From contig NC_000916.1 of the NCBI RefSeq assembly GCF_000008645.1, positions 1,650,001-1,682,000 of the forward strand: DNA of 32,000 nucleotides. Reading direction: 5' to 3'. Origin of the DNA: Methanothermobacter thermautotrophicus str. Delta H (GTDB lineage: Archaea > Methanobacteriota > Methanobacteria > Methanobacteriales > Methanothermobacteraceae). The translations under genes were made by a program, and so were the position numbers. Shown here piece by piece: positions 1 to 9,447 of the stretch (the first letter of the stretch is position 1; each line of letters begins with the position of its first letter). The notes beneath the pieces were generated by a model. That model had not been told where the DNA came from. It ran no database searches and saw only the letters and a program-made list of their open reading frames with translations.

Positions 1-1358
1 AGGGGGGATTCACCTTTGACATGGGACCATCATGGTACCTCATGCCAGACGTCTTTGAAAACTTCTTCGCAGAGTTCAATGCCAGGCCAGAGGATTTCTA
101 TGACCTCAAAAAACTTGAACCAGCATACCGCGTATTCTTTGACGGGGGAAGGGTAGTTGATGTATCATCTGATATTGAAAAGAACTATGAACTCTTTGAC
201 AGCTTTGAGGAAGATGGGGGTGAAAGACTCAGGGAGTACCTGGAATCAGCCGGTAAACTCTACGACTCGGTTGTGAAGGAAATGCTCTACAGGGACTACA
301 GGTCAGTCCTGGACTTCCTTAATGGAAAGCTCCTGCTACAGGGATTGAGGCTCAACATACTCGAATCTCTTGAACACTTCGTTAACAGGCGATTTAAGAG
401 TGACGAGGCCCGCAAGATACTCCAGTACTCAATGGGATTCCTTGGAAGCGCACCACAGAACACACCCTCAATGTATCATATAATGTCCCATATCGACATG
501 ACCCTTGGAGTCTTCTACCCTGAGGGGGGTATAAGGAGGGTTGCCCAATCAATATATGAACTCGCCCTTGAACATGGAGCCAGATTCCACTTCAACGAGG
601 AGGTTAAAAGGATAGAGGTAATCGATGGAGTGGCAACATCTATCATAACCGACAGGAACATCTATGAAGCTGATGCGGTCCTGGTGAATGCGGATTACCC
701 CCACAGTGAACTGGAACTTCTTGATGAACCCCACAGGACCTATGATGAGGCATACTGGGAGTCCAGGGTAATGGCACCATCAGCCTTTGTAGCCTACCTC
801 GGAGTTGACAGGGTTATAGATGCCCTTGAACACCACAACCTCTTCCTGGAGAGGGACTGGGCCGATAAATTCCAGGAGGTATTTGACCCCCGGAGGGCGA
901 GGTGGCCAGAGAGACCATCCTACTATGTGAATGTACCATCACGGACAGATACGACTGCTGCCCCCCAGGGATCAGACACCCTCTTCATACTGGTCCCCCT
1001 CGCGCCGGGCATGGAGGATAACGAGGAACTCAGGGAGGGCCTCTACCGGAGGGTCATGGATGACCTTGAGAGGAAGGTGGGTGAAAATATACGTGACCAT
1101 GTTGTTGTGAAGAGGATATTCGCCATAAATGATTTCAGGGACCGTTACAATGCATACAGGGGCACAGCCCTGGGTCTTTCCCATACACTCAGACAGACAG
1201 CCCTCTGGAGACCATCACATAAGAGTAAGAAGGTTAAGAACCTCTATTACACGGGACATTACACCCATCCAGGTATAGGCGTGCCGATGACACTTATCTC
1301 CTCCCAGATAGTCTGCAACGAGATGATGGATGATATGGGAATTAATCCGGATGGATGA
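1..1358 (+). CDS. FAD-dependent phytoene desaturase family protein (CrtI/CrtD-like), 5' end cut by window edge
   Basis: The frame stays open back to base 3 (GGFTFDMGPSWYLMPDVF), so the gene is truncated at the window edge. It has the CrtI-type GFxFDxGPS block and the C-terminal YYTGHYTHPGIGVPMTLISS motif. The stop TGA at 1356-1358 overlaps candidate starts of the next gene. Confidence 0.85.
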   Translation, partial: GGFTFDMGPSWYLMPDVFENFFAEFNARPEDFYDLKKLEPAYRVFFDGGRVVDVSSDIEKNYELFDSFEEDGGERLREYLESAGKLYDSVVKEMLYRDYRSVLDFLNGKLLLQGLRLNILESLEHFVNRRFKSDEARKILQYSMGFLGSAPQNTPSMYHIMSHIDMTLGVFYPEGGIRRVAQSIYELALEHGARFHFNEEVKRIEVIDGVATSIITDRNIYEADAVLVNADYPHSELELLDEPHRTYDEAYWESRVMAPSAFVAYLGVDRVIDALEHHNLFLERDWADKFQEVFDPRRARWPERPSYYVNVPSRTDTTAAPQGSDTLFILVPLAPGMEDNEELREGLYRRVMDDLERKVGENIRDHVVVKRIFAINDFRDRYNAYRGTALGLSHTLRQTALWRPSHKSKKVKNLYYTGHYTHPGIGVPMTLISSQIVCNEMMDDMGINPDG

Positions 1359-2250
1359 TTTTTACTGTATAAACCTATTAATGGGTGATATAACTTTGAT
1401 TGACGGGAAAATTTACTCAATATTTAAGCGTGGAAGCAAAACATACTTCTACAGCACGCTATTCTTCCCAAAGGATGTCAGGAGAGACGTTTTTATACTC
1501 TACAGCTTCCTTCGAAAGGCCGATGACTACGTTGACCGGGTACCGCAGGATACTGATGGGTTCTATGAATTTGTGGAAAGGTACCGGAGAGCATACTCCG
1601 GTGAAATCACAGGTGACGTGGTGGTTGATTCCTTCGTGGAGCTTTCAGAGAGAAAAAATTTTGAAGATGAGTGGACAGAGGCCTTCCTGAGGTCCATGGA
1701 GATGGATATAACAGTATCATCCTACAGTACAATGTCTGCCCTCGAAGAGTACCTCCTTGGTTCATCAGAGGTCGTGGGGCTCTTCATGGCATCCATAATG
1801 GGCCTCCACACGGATTCATACCACCATGCAAGGTACCTTGGAAGGGCCATGCAGTACGTTAACTTCATAAGGGACATTGCAGAGGACATTGAGCTTGGAA
1901 GGCTATACTTTCCGATGGACGAACTTGAAAGGTTCGGACTCCAATCCCTTGATCCTGATGAGATAAGGGGGAGGGAGGATAATTTCCGGTCATTTCTGAG
2001 GGCCCAGATAGACATCTACAGGGACTGGCAGAGGACAGCTGAGAGGGGCTACCGGTACATCCCCTACCGTTACCTGGTACCCATAAAGACAGCGGCTGAC
2101 ATGTACATGTGGACATCAAGGATCATTGAAAGGGACCCCATGATAGTCTACAGCCGAAAGGTGAAGCCGTCAGGGGGCCGTGTGGTATCCGGGGCGGTAT
2201 TTAACATGTTCCGCCTCATGGGTCCTCTCAGGGTCAGCAGAGGTCCATGA
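1330..2250 (+). CDS. crtB: Squalene/phytoene synthase family enzyme (CrtB/CrtM-like head-to-head prenyl condensing enzyme)
   Basis: Two Asp-rich motifs are present, YSFLRKADDYVD and NFIRDIAEDIELGRLYFP. There are three possible ATG starts: 1330, 1351 (ATGGATGA overlapping the upstream stop) and 1381. C30 versus C40 specificity cannot be read from the sequence. Confidence 0.85.
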   Translation: MIWELIRMDDFYCINLLMGDITLIDGKIYSIFKRGSKTYFYSTLFFPKDVRRDVFILYSFLRKADDYVDRVPQDTDGFYEFVERYRRAYSGEITGDVVVDSFVELSERKNFEDEWTEAFLRSMEMDITVSSYSTMSALEEYLLGSSEVVGLFMASIMGLHTDSYHHARYLGRAMQYVNFIRDIAEDIELGRLYFPMDELERFGLQSLDPDEIRGREDNFRSFLRAQIDIYRDWQRTAERGYRYIPYRYLVPIKTAADMYMWTSRIIERDPMIVYSRKVKPSGGRVVSGAVFNMFRLMGPLRVSRGP

Positions 2251-2269
2251 CCTTCGGGGCAGTGTTCAG

Positions 2270-3136
2270 ATGAATGTTCTTGGAGACTATGCGAGATTTC
2301 TCTTCAGGATATCCAGGTTCAGGTTCTGGATCTACACAGGCGGAACCTATGTGATAGGATACACCCTGGCCGCGTCAGGATTTGCAGATTTCCTCTCACC
2401 TGCCTACTACCTCTACCTGATATACTTTTTCTTTCCGGCCAGTATCTTCATATACGGGGTTAATGACTGGTGGGATGAGGAAACCGACATTCTGAACCCC
2501 AAGAAGGGCTCCAGAGAACATATGCTGGCCCAGGATGAGAGAAAAAGATTGAAGAGATCGATAATACTAGTAACCGTCATCAGCTTCCTTATGATGCTAT
2601 CACAGACACTTACGGAGGCCCTAATTTTCATGGGATTCCTTTTTTTATCATACTTCTACAGCGCACCCCCACTTCGCTTCAAGGAGAGACCCTTCCTGGA
2701 TTTCTCATCCAACTACCTCTATATAATGCCGGGAATATTCGCATACAACCTTGCATCGGGCGCCCTTCCGGACCCGCTGATCCTCTTTGCCGGTTACTGC
2801 CATGTTGCAGCCATGCACATCTTCTCGGCCGTACCTGATACTGAATATGACAGAATTGCAGGTATAAACACCACCCCCGTTTTCATCGGCAGAAGACCGG
2901 CCCTTGCACTTTCAGCCTTCTTCTGGTTACTGCTATCCATTATAACAGTATTCGTTACAGGATTCCATCCACTGAGCTTCCTGGTATTCATATACCCGGC
3001 ATTTCCCCTTTCAGTGCTTCTAATAAGGAGAATAAGAATAGAGAAGATATACTGGTATTTACCCCATGTTAACACTGCCCTCGGCGGCCTTCTATTCCTT
3101 GCACTCATAAACTACAGGGTGTTTCACTGGATATAA
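2270..3136 (+). CDS. UbiA-family membrane prenyltransferase (lycopene-elongase/LyeJ-like by context)
   Basis: Polytopic hydrophobic protein with Asp-rich motifs GVNDWWDEETD and DTEYDRIAGINTTP. ATG 2270 (MNVLGDYARF) is preferred over the track start at 2180, which would overlap crtB by 71 nt. The LyeJ-like assignment rests on neighbours only. Confidence 0.75.
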   Translation: MNVLGDYARFLFRISRFRFWIYTGGTYVIGYTLAASGFADFLSPAYYLYLIYFFFPASIFIYGVNDWWDEETDILNPKKGSREHMLAQDERKRLKRSIILVTVISFLMMLSQTLTEALIFMGFLFLSYFYSAPPLRFKERPFLDFSSNYLYIMPGIFAYNLASGALPDPLILFAGYCHVAAMHIFSAVPDTEYDRIAGINTTPVFIGRRPALALSAFFWLLLSIITVFVTGFHPLSFLVFIYPAFPLSVLLIRRIRIEKIYWYLPHVNTALGGLLFLALINYRVFHWI

Positions 3137-3150
3137 CCCAACGGGATACT

Positions 3151-3897
3151 TCACCATAATTTAAACCTGGGTGTTCTTAATATGAGTGCAATGAGCATGA
3201 GGCCTGCAATGAAGGGTATCTCAAGGCCAAGGAAGAGGCAGGCACCTGTCCAGAAACACATTATCAGGTAAAGACTTGATACAGCACCATTACCCATCTC
3301 CTGCAGGGAGTCACCGGGCACTGCCAGTGAGATCAGTGCAGCCCCCAGACCTGAGAGAATCCAGCCCGCGAAGTTCTGTAGTGGAACCCCATAGAAGATC
3401 CCCGGATTCACCCACACCCAGAATTTGAGGGCAACTGCAGCCGGGTCAATAACCACGTCGGTTAATGCAGCAATAAGGGCCGCCAGGATCAGAAATTTAA
3501 CCCTGCCCTCAACACACTCCTTTGCAAGGTAGGCGGATCCAAGGAACAGGGGTAGCCACGCGAATGGAACCGTGAAGGGGGTGTAGCCTAGTATCTTCAG
3601 GCCGATCATATCACCGTAGTAGAACTCAGAGTAGGGAAAACCGGTTATTATGGCAAGGGTTTCAATCGAAATTGCATAGATGCCAAGAACGAGTATCAGT
3701 AAAAAGCCACGGGACCCGAGGCTCCTTATGGTTGATATGAATGATGGAACAGCCATTGAAATTATGAATATAACTGATACGATCCAGTAACCCTCTATTC
3801 TCATGCCGGTAACAGGGTATGAGCTCAGAGCAAGTATGATACCCGTCAGCAGTATCATCAGGGAGGTCCTTCCGGCTTTATCAGACATACTGAACAC
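3151..3897 (-). CDS. Carotenoid biosynthesis membrane protein, CruF-like (Caroten_synth/DUF422-type family, from memory)
   Basis: Multi-TM protein with GFPYSEFYYG, a DVVIDPAAV..FWVW block and FYGVPLQNFAGW. These match my recollection of the CruF bisanhydrobacterioruberin hydratase family. It is convergent with the UbiA gene, with a 14-nt gap. Confidence 0.65.
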   Translation of the reverse strand: MFSMSDKAGRTSLMILLTGIILALSSYPVTGMRIEGYWIVSVIFIISMAVPSFISTIRSLGSRGFLLILVLGIYAISIETLAIITGFPYSEFYYGDMIGLKILGYTPFTVPFAWLPLFLGSAYLAKECVEGRVKFLILAALIAALTDVVIDPAAVALKFWVWVNPGIFYGVPLQNFAGWILSGLGAALISLAVPGDSLQEMGNGAVSSLYLIMCFWTGACLFLGLEIPFIAGLMLIALILRTPRFKLW

Positions 3898-3910
3898 CTT
3901 TGCGGATCAT

Positions 3911-4729
3911 TCATACTCCAGATCTCCAGCCGTACACATCAGGCCTTCTGTTTCTCAGGAGGGGAAGCTTCCTCCGGATCCTCTCCACGGCTTCCAGGTC
4001 AATATCTGCTGTGATCACAGAGGGGGATGCATCGGCCTCACAGACGACAGAGCCCCAGGGATCAGCGATCATAGAGTGGCCATAGGCAACATAGGACGCT
4101 GAGGGGTTCCTTGCAGGTGATGCAGCAACACAGTAGCACTGGTTATCCAGGGCCCTTGACCTTACAAGGAGCCTCCAGTGGGCCGGTCCGGTTGTCATAT
4201 TGAATGCCCCCGGGAATATAAGGACCTCTGCACCCCCTAGGGCCATCATCCTTGAAAGTTCAGGGAAACGCATATCATAGCATATCCCCACACCCATAAC
4301 GCACTGGGGAGTTTCTATAACGGTCACGGAGTCGCCTGCAATCAGGCTATCTGATTCCCTGAAGCTTATCTCTCCGGGAACATTGATGTCGAAGAGGTGG
4401 ACCTTGCGATGCTTCCCGATGATGTTCCCACCATCGTCCATCACAAAGGAGGTGTTGTAGATGCCTTCAGGTGTTTCCTCGGGGATGGAACCTGCGACCA
4501 GGTGGATCCCCAGTTCCCTGGCAATTGACCTCATGGTTCTTATGGAGTATCCATTCTCATCCTCTGCATACTCTGAAAAAAGGTTTACATCGTAGGGGCA
4601 TGTGAACATCTCAGGAAGCACAATGAGCCGGGCGCCTCTCTCAGCGGCCTCCACAATCATCTCAACGGCAGTACCAACATTCTTCTCTTTATCTTCGGTT
4701 ACCTGCATCTGGCATATTCCAAGCCTCAT
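3911..4729 (-). CDS. Carbon-nitrogen hydrolase (nitrilase superfamily, Nit/omega-amidase-like)
   Basis: The Glu-Lys-Cys triad contexts are present: LIVLPEMF, GKHRKVHLF and GVGICYDMRFPE. Confidence 0.85.
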   Translation of the reverse strand: MRLGICQMQVTEDKEKNVGTAVEMIVEAAERGARLIVLPEMFTCPYDVNLFSEYAEDENGYSIRTMRSIARELGIHLVAGSIPEETPEGIYNTSFVMDDGGNIIGKHRKVHLFDINVPGEISFRESDSLIAGDSVTVIETPQCVMGVGICYDMRFPELSRMMALGGAEVLIFPGAFNMTTGPAHWRLLVRSRALDNQCYCVAASPARNPSASYVAYGHSMIADPWGSVVCEADASPSVITADIDLEAVERIRRKLPLLRNRRPDVYGWRSGV

Positions 4730-4747
4730 AGAGACACTTCCATAAAT

Positions 4748-5302
4748 TCAGGTGAAGGAAACATTTTCCAGGAGGATCTTAAGACCGATGAGGATGAGGA
4801 TCAGGCCTCCAAGGGCCTCAAGACGGTTTTCAAATATGTGGCCCACCCTCTCGCCTATGTAGCTACCGGCAAGTGATAGTATGAATGTGATGAGACCTAT
4901 GACAATTACCGGGAGCCATATGGATATGTCAAGGAGGGCGAAGCTCACACCCACTGCGAAGGCATCGATGCTGGTTGCAATTGAGAGTACAAGGAGTTCA
5001 CGGTAACTGAAAATGAATTCTTCCTCCTCCATGATCAGGCTTTCATAGATCATTTTAAGGCCTATTATGAGGAGCAAAATGAATGCTGCCCAGGGTGCAA
5101 GGGCTGATACGAGCCTCTGGATTTCAAGACCAGACACCCATCCAAGAACTGGCATGGCAGCCTGGAAGGTTCCGAAGGATAGTGCGGATATCAGGGCGTA
5201 GTTTGTCTCTGATTCATGGAGTGCAAGGCCCCGGCTCACAGATATGCTGAAGGCGTCCATTGCAAGGCCAACTCCTATGAGCACCATTGATAGAAGATCC
5301 AT
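4748..5302 (-). CDS. mntP: Manganese efflux pump MntP family (2x DUF204)
   Basis: Small six-TM protein with the duplicated motif GLAMDAFSISV / ATSIDAFAVGV. Confidence 0.8.
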   Translation of the reverse strand: MDLLSMVLIGVGLAMDAFSISVSRGLALHESETNYALISALSFGTFQAAMPVLGWVSGLEIQRLVSALAPWAAFILLLIIGLKMIYESLIMEEEEFIFSYRELLVLSIATSIDAFAVGVSFALLDISIWLPVIVIGLITFILSLAGSYIGERVGHIFENRLEALGGLILILIGLKILLENVSFT

Positions 5303-5369
5303 TATTATCCTCTCTTACTTTAATAATCATACCTTCTTTCTTACCCTATTTAAACCCACCACCCCCGGG

Positions 5370-5388
5370 AAAACCTTTATATATAAGG
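5370..5388 (+). promoter_or_regulatory. Candidate archaeal BRE/TATA promoter (AAAACCTTTATATATAAGG)
   Basis: Near-consensus methanogen box A (TTTATATA at 5376-5383) preceded by an A-rich BRE. It lies in a 181-bp AT-rich divergent spacer about 100 nt upstream of htrA. Which gene it serves is uncertain. Confidence 0.45.
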
Positions 5389-5483
5389 ACTTTTAATAAC
5401 TTAATTTAACTAAAAATTCAGTAACCTGAAAAAAGTTCCAGAACATTTAAAATAAACTTAAAAACCAATTAAAAGTTAGAAAA

Positions 5484-6470
5484 ATGATCGAATCAAAATA
5501 TACTAACAAGGGATCTGATTTTAGTGAAACAGAACTTGAAGAGCAGGAAATAATGGATGCCTACTCAGAGGCTGTTATGGGTGCAGCCGATAGAGTGAGC
5601 CCCTCCGTTGTAAGGGTAACAACGGTGGCCCGATCAAAAAACAGGACCGTGGGTGGAGGTTCAGGTCTCATATACACTGAATACGGGCATATAATCACAA
5701 ACAGTCATGTTGTCCACGGATCAGAGAGAATTGAAGTAACACTGAACACAGGGGAAGAGTACCGGGCAACTGTTGTTGGTGATGACCCCCACACAGACAT
5801 CTCGGTCCTGAAAATCGAACCTCAGCATGAACTCAGAACACCTGAATTTGCAGACTCCAGCAGGGTGAGGGTGGGACAGCTTGCCCTGGCAATAGGCAAC
5901 CCCTTCGGGTTCCAGTTCACAGTAACAGCAGGAGTTGTGAGTGCAACCGGCAGATCCCTGCGGACCATGACAGGGAGGCTCGTGGATGGGGTTATACAGA
6001 CAGATGCAGCACTAAACCCTGGAAAATCAGGCGGACCACTGGTTGATTTTCGCGGAAGGGTCCTGGGGATAAACACGGCCCTTATAAGACCTGCTCAGGG
6101 GCTTTGCTTTGCAATACCATCAAATACAGTCAGGGAAGTCGCAGATAAACTTATAGAGGATGGTAAAATAAGAAGGGCCCACCTGGGAGTGGCCTGCCAG
6201 AACATGGTGCTGAAGCCAGAAACAGTTGAGAAACTGAAACTGAATTCGGATAGGGGAGTTATGGTTGCATCACTCTCAGATGGTCCGGCAGGAGATGCTG
6301 GAGTCATGCGTGGTGATATCATAATAGCCCTCGACGGCGAAGCAGTTGAAACAGTCGATGACCTTCACAGAATCCTCAATGAGGAAAGGATCGGTATGGA
6401 ATGTGATCTGGATGTCATAAGGGGGTCTGAGATCTTTAAAATCTCTGTGAAACCATCAGAACTGGAATAA
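5484..6470 (+). CDS. htrA: HtrA/DegP-family serine protease with C-terminal PDZ domain
   Basis: Catalytic contexts ITNSHVV (His), DISVLKI (Asp) and NPGKSGGPL (Ser) are present. A PDZ-like tail follows (GVMRGDIIIALDGEAVETVDDL). There is no N-terminal hydrophobic signal or TM segment. Confidence 0.85.
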   Translation: MIESKYTNKGSDFSETELEEQEIMDAYSEAVMGAADRVSPSVVRVTTVARSKNRTVGGGSGLIYTEYGHIITNSHVVHGSERIEVTLNTGEEYRATVVGDDPHTDISVLKIEPQHELRTPEFADSSRVRVGQLALAIGNPFGFQFTVTAGVVSATGRSLRTMTGRLVDGVIQTDAALNPGKSGGPLVDFRGRVLGINTALIRPAQGLCFAIPSNTVREVADKLIEDGKIRRAHLGVACQNMVLKPETVEKLKLNSDRGVMVASLSDGPAGDAGVMRGDIIIALDGEAVETVDDLHRILNEERIGMECDLDVIRGSEIFKISVKPSELE

Positions 6471-6494
6471 GCCCATCTAAAGTTTTATTAAGAG

Positions 6495-6522
6495 GGGGTG
6501 CCAGACTAATTCTGGAGACCCC
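6495..6522 (+). promoter_or_regulatory. Imperfect intergenic stem-loop between htrA and the AAA+ gene
   Basis: GGGGT-g-CCAGA, loop CTAAT, TCTGG-ag-ACCCC, giving 5 + 5 bp with an internal loop. It is preceded by a TTTT at 6483-6486. Function unknown. Confidence 0.25.
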
Positions 6523-6538
6523 ATTGGCAGTGGTTTGA

Positions 6539-7435
6539 ATGAATACAACTGAAAAGCTGGATAAAATCGACACATCACTCAGAAATGTGGGATACATACC
6601 GAGCAGGGACATCATCATAACCCTTTTTCTCTCATCGGAACTGAAAAAACCTGTTCTCGTGGAGGGCCCGCCCGGGACCGGTAAAACACTTCTAGCTAAA
6701 AAAACTGCAGAGGCACTGGGAAGAGAGTTCTTCAGGATACAGTGCTATGAGGGCATAACCTTCGAGCAGATAGTCGGAGAATGGAACTACCAGAAACAGC
6801 TTCTGAGCCTTGAAAAGTCACGAATCCATGGATCCGATGAAGACGTCTTCAGGGAGGATTACTTCATAAAAAGACCACTCCTATCGGCATTCATCAACGA
6901 GAAACCCTCACTGCTCCTGATAGATGAGATAGACAAGGCAGATGAGGAGGTCGAGAGTTTCCTCCTCCAGGCCCTCGGTGAGAAGCAGATAACGGTCAAT
7001 GACCTTGGAACCTTTGACCTGCGAAATGATATAATGGTTTTCCTCACCTCCAACTCCCAGAGGAACCTCCTCGACGAGACAAGGGACAGGTGCCTTTACA
7101 TCCACATTGATTACCCTGACCCTGAACGTGAGATGGAGATCGTGAGGGCTCACGTTCCATCAGCACCTGAGGGCCTCATCAGGGAAACTGTAATGCTCAT
7201 AAACAGGATAAGGGGGCTGGGAATCATCAAGAAACCCTCCATAAGGGCCACCGTGGACTGGATCAGGACCATCATGGCCCTTGGAAAGGATAGCCTGGAC
7301 TCCGATACTCTTAAGGAAACCCTTGGAGTTGTTATAAAGAACAGGGCGGATGAAGCAAAGGTCCTTGATCTTGTGGAATCGGTTGAGGGGAAAGATGAAG
7401 AGGATCATTCATCTATCAAACATATTAAGGGATAG
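6539..7435 (+). CDS. MoxR-class AAA+ ATPase (CoxD-like)
   Basis: Walker A GPPGTGKT and Walker [11 protein letters not shown] are present. Size is about 300 aa, typical of MoxR. It is followed by an overlapping VWA gene. Confidence 0.85.
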   Translation: MNTTEKLDKIDTSLRNVGYIPSRDIIITLFLSSELKKPVLVEGPPGTGKTLLAKKTAEALGREFFRIQCYEGITFEQIVGEWNYQKQLLSLEKSRIHGSDEDVFREDYFIKRPLLSAFINEKPSLLLIDEIDKADEEVESFLLQALGEKQITVNDLGTFDLRNDIMVFLTSNSQRNLLDETRDRCLYIHIDYPDPEREMEIVRAHVPSAPEGLIRETVMLINRIRGLGIIKKPSIRATVDWIRTIMALGKDSLDSDTLKETLGVVIKNRADEAKVLDLVESVEGKDEEDHSSIKHIKG

Positions 7436-8504
7436 GGGGGTCCCGGTAAGCATAAGGGGCACCATGGACGCATCTGAGGCCTATCGAATATTTAAGGGGA
7501 GGCCTGAACTCAGGGATGCCCTCTTCTCGGTTTACGTTAAGGACCCAAGACACGCAGGCGCATTCATGGAGGCCTACGAGGAGATCTTCGGAGTTCCAGC
7601 GAAAAATGAATCAGAGGAATCAGGAGAAGGCGAGGGACTACATCACCTAAGGTCATCAGAAAATTTTTCAGGCAATTCAGAGGCGGAAATGGGAATTGAT
7701 GAGCTTTCACAGCTCAAACCCGAAATTGAGGAGTTAACTGACCCTTCAATGGATGTGGCCGCAGTCATGGACAGGGACATGTCCACCCTCAATTCATTCG
7801 ACCCGGAGATATTTGAGCTATGCCGCAGACTTGGAATAAAAATTGCCAACAGAAGATCAAGGAGGCTACGCCAGTCCAGGAGGATGAAGCCGGATATAAG
7901 GCGGAGCATAAGGAAGAACATTAAACATGGGGGCACAGTGCTTGAACTTATACGCTCAGAACCGAGGGAGAGGAAGAGCCAGCACATATTCCTCAGTGAT
8001 GTGAGCGGGTCTTGTGACTGGATAAGCAACTGGTTCTTCTGCATAATCTACGCAGCCCAGCGCACATTCTACCGTTCACGATTCTTTGACTTCGACAGCC
8101 GAATAGTTGAGACAACCCACCTGCTGGATGAGGACGACCTCTACGATGCCTTCAGGAATCTCAGGGAGTCAAGAATCAGGAATTTAATGATCCACGGAAC
8201 ATCCAATATGTACACAGCATTCAGGGATTTTATTGAAGGCGTAACCTTCACAGGAAAATCATACATAGTTATCCTCTCAGACTGCAGGGACTGGGCCGGT
8301 CCAAGGAGGGATGGTATCCCTGAGAGCGTTGAACTGGTAGCTGAGATGTCAGAGAGGGCCCGGAAGGTTCTGATACTTAACCCTGAACCTGAAAAGAAGT
8401 GGGACGTCGTGGATAGCTGTGTTTCACTTTACCGGGATGCCGGGGCAAGCGTGATGGAGGTCAGGACACTCAGACAGCTTGCAGAGGTTATAGAAGGGCT
8501 TTAA
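7395..8504 (+). CDS. VWA domain protein, CoxE-like
   Basis: MIDAS-type motif [10 protein letters not shown] and a basic [11 protein letters not shown] segment. ATG 7395 is preceded by GAGGGG and is preferred over the track start at 7350. Either start overlaps the MoxR gene. Confidence 0.75.
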
Positions 8505-9262
8505 AGGAAATTATCCAGTGTAACGCCCCTGTTTGATCTCAGCTCCCGTGGGGGTTCGATCTCCCTGAACTCAAGGCCCTCCTCCTCCAGCATCTCCATG
8601 GCATCATGGGTTATGGATGGAGCCACGAGAACACCACGCACACCCACCCTATCCTCCCTGAACTCATCAACATACCTTTTAAGCTGTTTAACTGCACTCA
8701 CTCCGGCCTTCCTGCTTTTAAGCTCAATTATCATGAGGGAACCATTCTCATCCTTTCCCAGTATGTCAATGAAGCCTGAAGTGACGGCATACTCCCTTGC
8801 AACGGGCCGGAAACCCTTCTCAATGAGGTGGGGGTGCATGATTATCATATCACCCATATCGTTCTCATGACCTGCAACCATGAGATCATGGACGTCCCTT
8901 GCAAGGTAATATGATACAAGGTGGGCCTCATGGATTTCGACCTCAAGGCGCTCTTCAGGGTCCCTCCGGATACTCTCGAGGTAGAGGCTGCCCCTCTTGA
9001 TATAGGCACGTGACCTTGATTTGGGTGGCTGCCAGTTAACAGGATCCACCTTACGGTCCTGGTGCACCATGAAGGTCCCATCGGGTTTTATGACGATCAG
9101 CCTTTCACCGGCATCAAGCCTGCTCCTTGCACGACCCTCATAGGATGCACTGCAGCAGGCGAGTATCACCACAAGGGCCCTCTTCCTTATACCATCCTCT
9201 ATTAAACGGTAGGCCTCCTTTATCGACGGATTTTCAGATACCTTGCACTTCATGCAGTTCAC
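8501..9262 (-). CDS. nucS: Endonuclease NucS (EndoMS, mismatch/branched-DNA nuclease)
   Basis: A PD-(D/E)XK core is present ([24 protein letters not shown]), and the length is about 250 aa. The track start 9262 is GTG. ATG 9253 (MKCKV) sits about 26 nt downstream of a TTCAATAAA TATA-like box, so the transcript may be leaderless. Confidence 0.85.
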
Positions 9263-9447
9263 ATTCAGCGTTTATTGAAAAGTTCAGTCAGTTAACTGTA
9301 ACTGGTACTCAGTGATCGCAGATCACCGGGCAACTAAATCTACCCTGTCAGTGTAAATATTAATATCGACCCTGATATAAACTATAGTCTGTCTGAGAGA
9401 TTTTATGTCTACCTTACGAACTGTGAGCTGGAGAAAGTTGTGTGTCC

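Noticed and set aside
1400-2119. Alternative-frame and antisense ORFs within the phytoene synthase gene (1400..1690, 1671..1862, 1722..2015, 1865..2119)
   Set aside because: Only the 1330..2250 frame contains the two Asp-rich synthase motifs. The others have no motifs and odd composition.
6539-8504. MoxR-VWA pair as a novel anti-phage defence module
   Set aside because: The architecture matches the widespread CoxD/CoxE-type chaperone pair. There is no nuclease, effector or mobile-element context, so I kept it only as a low-interest proteostasis observation.
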